The position numbers and the translations under genes are program-made. Below, in pieces: positions 63,978 through 64,000 of a stretch of DNA of 64,000 bases; within the stretch, counting starts at the first letter, position 1; every line of letters starts with the position of its first letter. This stretch comes from Leucoraja erinacea. Taxonomy: Eukaryota. The notes beneath the pieces are model-generated. The model worked only from the letters and a program-made list of their open reading frames with translations, was not told where the DNA came from and did not search any database. The stretch lies in assembly GCF_028641065.1 (NCBI RefSeq), contig NC_073398.1, positions 28,334,001 to 28,398,000 on the forward strand. Reading direction: 5' to 3'.

Positions 63978-64000
63978 GTGTGGTACAAACTCTTTTGGTT
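63978..64000 (+). CDS. Start of the next LRR exon, truncated by the window
   Basis: TTTTCAG acceptor after a 95-nt intron. Phase 2 gives (S)CGTNSFG, fitting the LRR xxxNxxG register. Confidence 0.7.

Noticed and set aside
50521-64000. Assigning a symbol such as CD276, HHLA2, VTCN1 or NLRC3
   Set aside because: Only family-level similarity can be judged by eye, and the combined architecture matches none of these genes.

Overview
Eukaryotic, repeat-dense vertebrate DNA. The CR1, Penelope, Rex1 and tRNA-SINE repertoire and the gene types suggest a cartilaginous fish such as a skate or ray (inference). Three spliced host genes can be rebuilt by hand from GT-AG sites with consistent intron phases. 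(1) The 5' part of an ACOT/BAAT-family acyl-CoA thioesterase on the minus strand (5 coding exons, 368-11004, running off the left edge), with a probable CpG-island promoter near 18.7-19.1 kb. (2) A complete 7-exon, 360-aa Ig-superfamily receptor on the plus strand (25820-37848): leader, germline-joined VJ-type IgV with a CD28/CTLA-4-like PPP loop, C1-set domain, TM, and a tail with ITIM plus ITSM. (3) The best candidate for a new system, on the plus strand from 50521 to beyond 64000: its exons splice in frame as signal peptide, B7/butyrophilin-type IgV, TM, dileucine micro-exon, NACHT NTPase and LRRs, i.e. a type-I membrane NLR with an Ig ectodomain. A very young CsRn1-like Gypsy LTR retrotransposon sits in the intron between its TM and NACHT parts. 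The rest is transposon-derived: Tc1, hAT MITEs, DIRS, a solo LTR, CR1, L2, RTE, Rex1 and Penelope fragments carrying minimal hammerhead-ribozyme motifs. All gene models are manual predictions with no transcript evidence.
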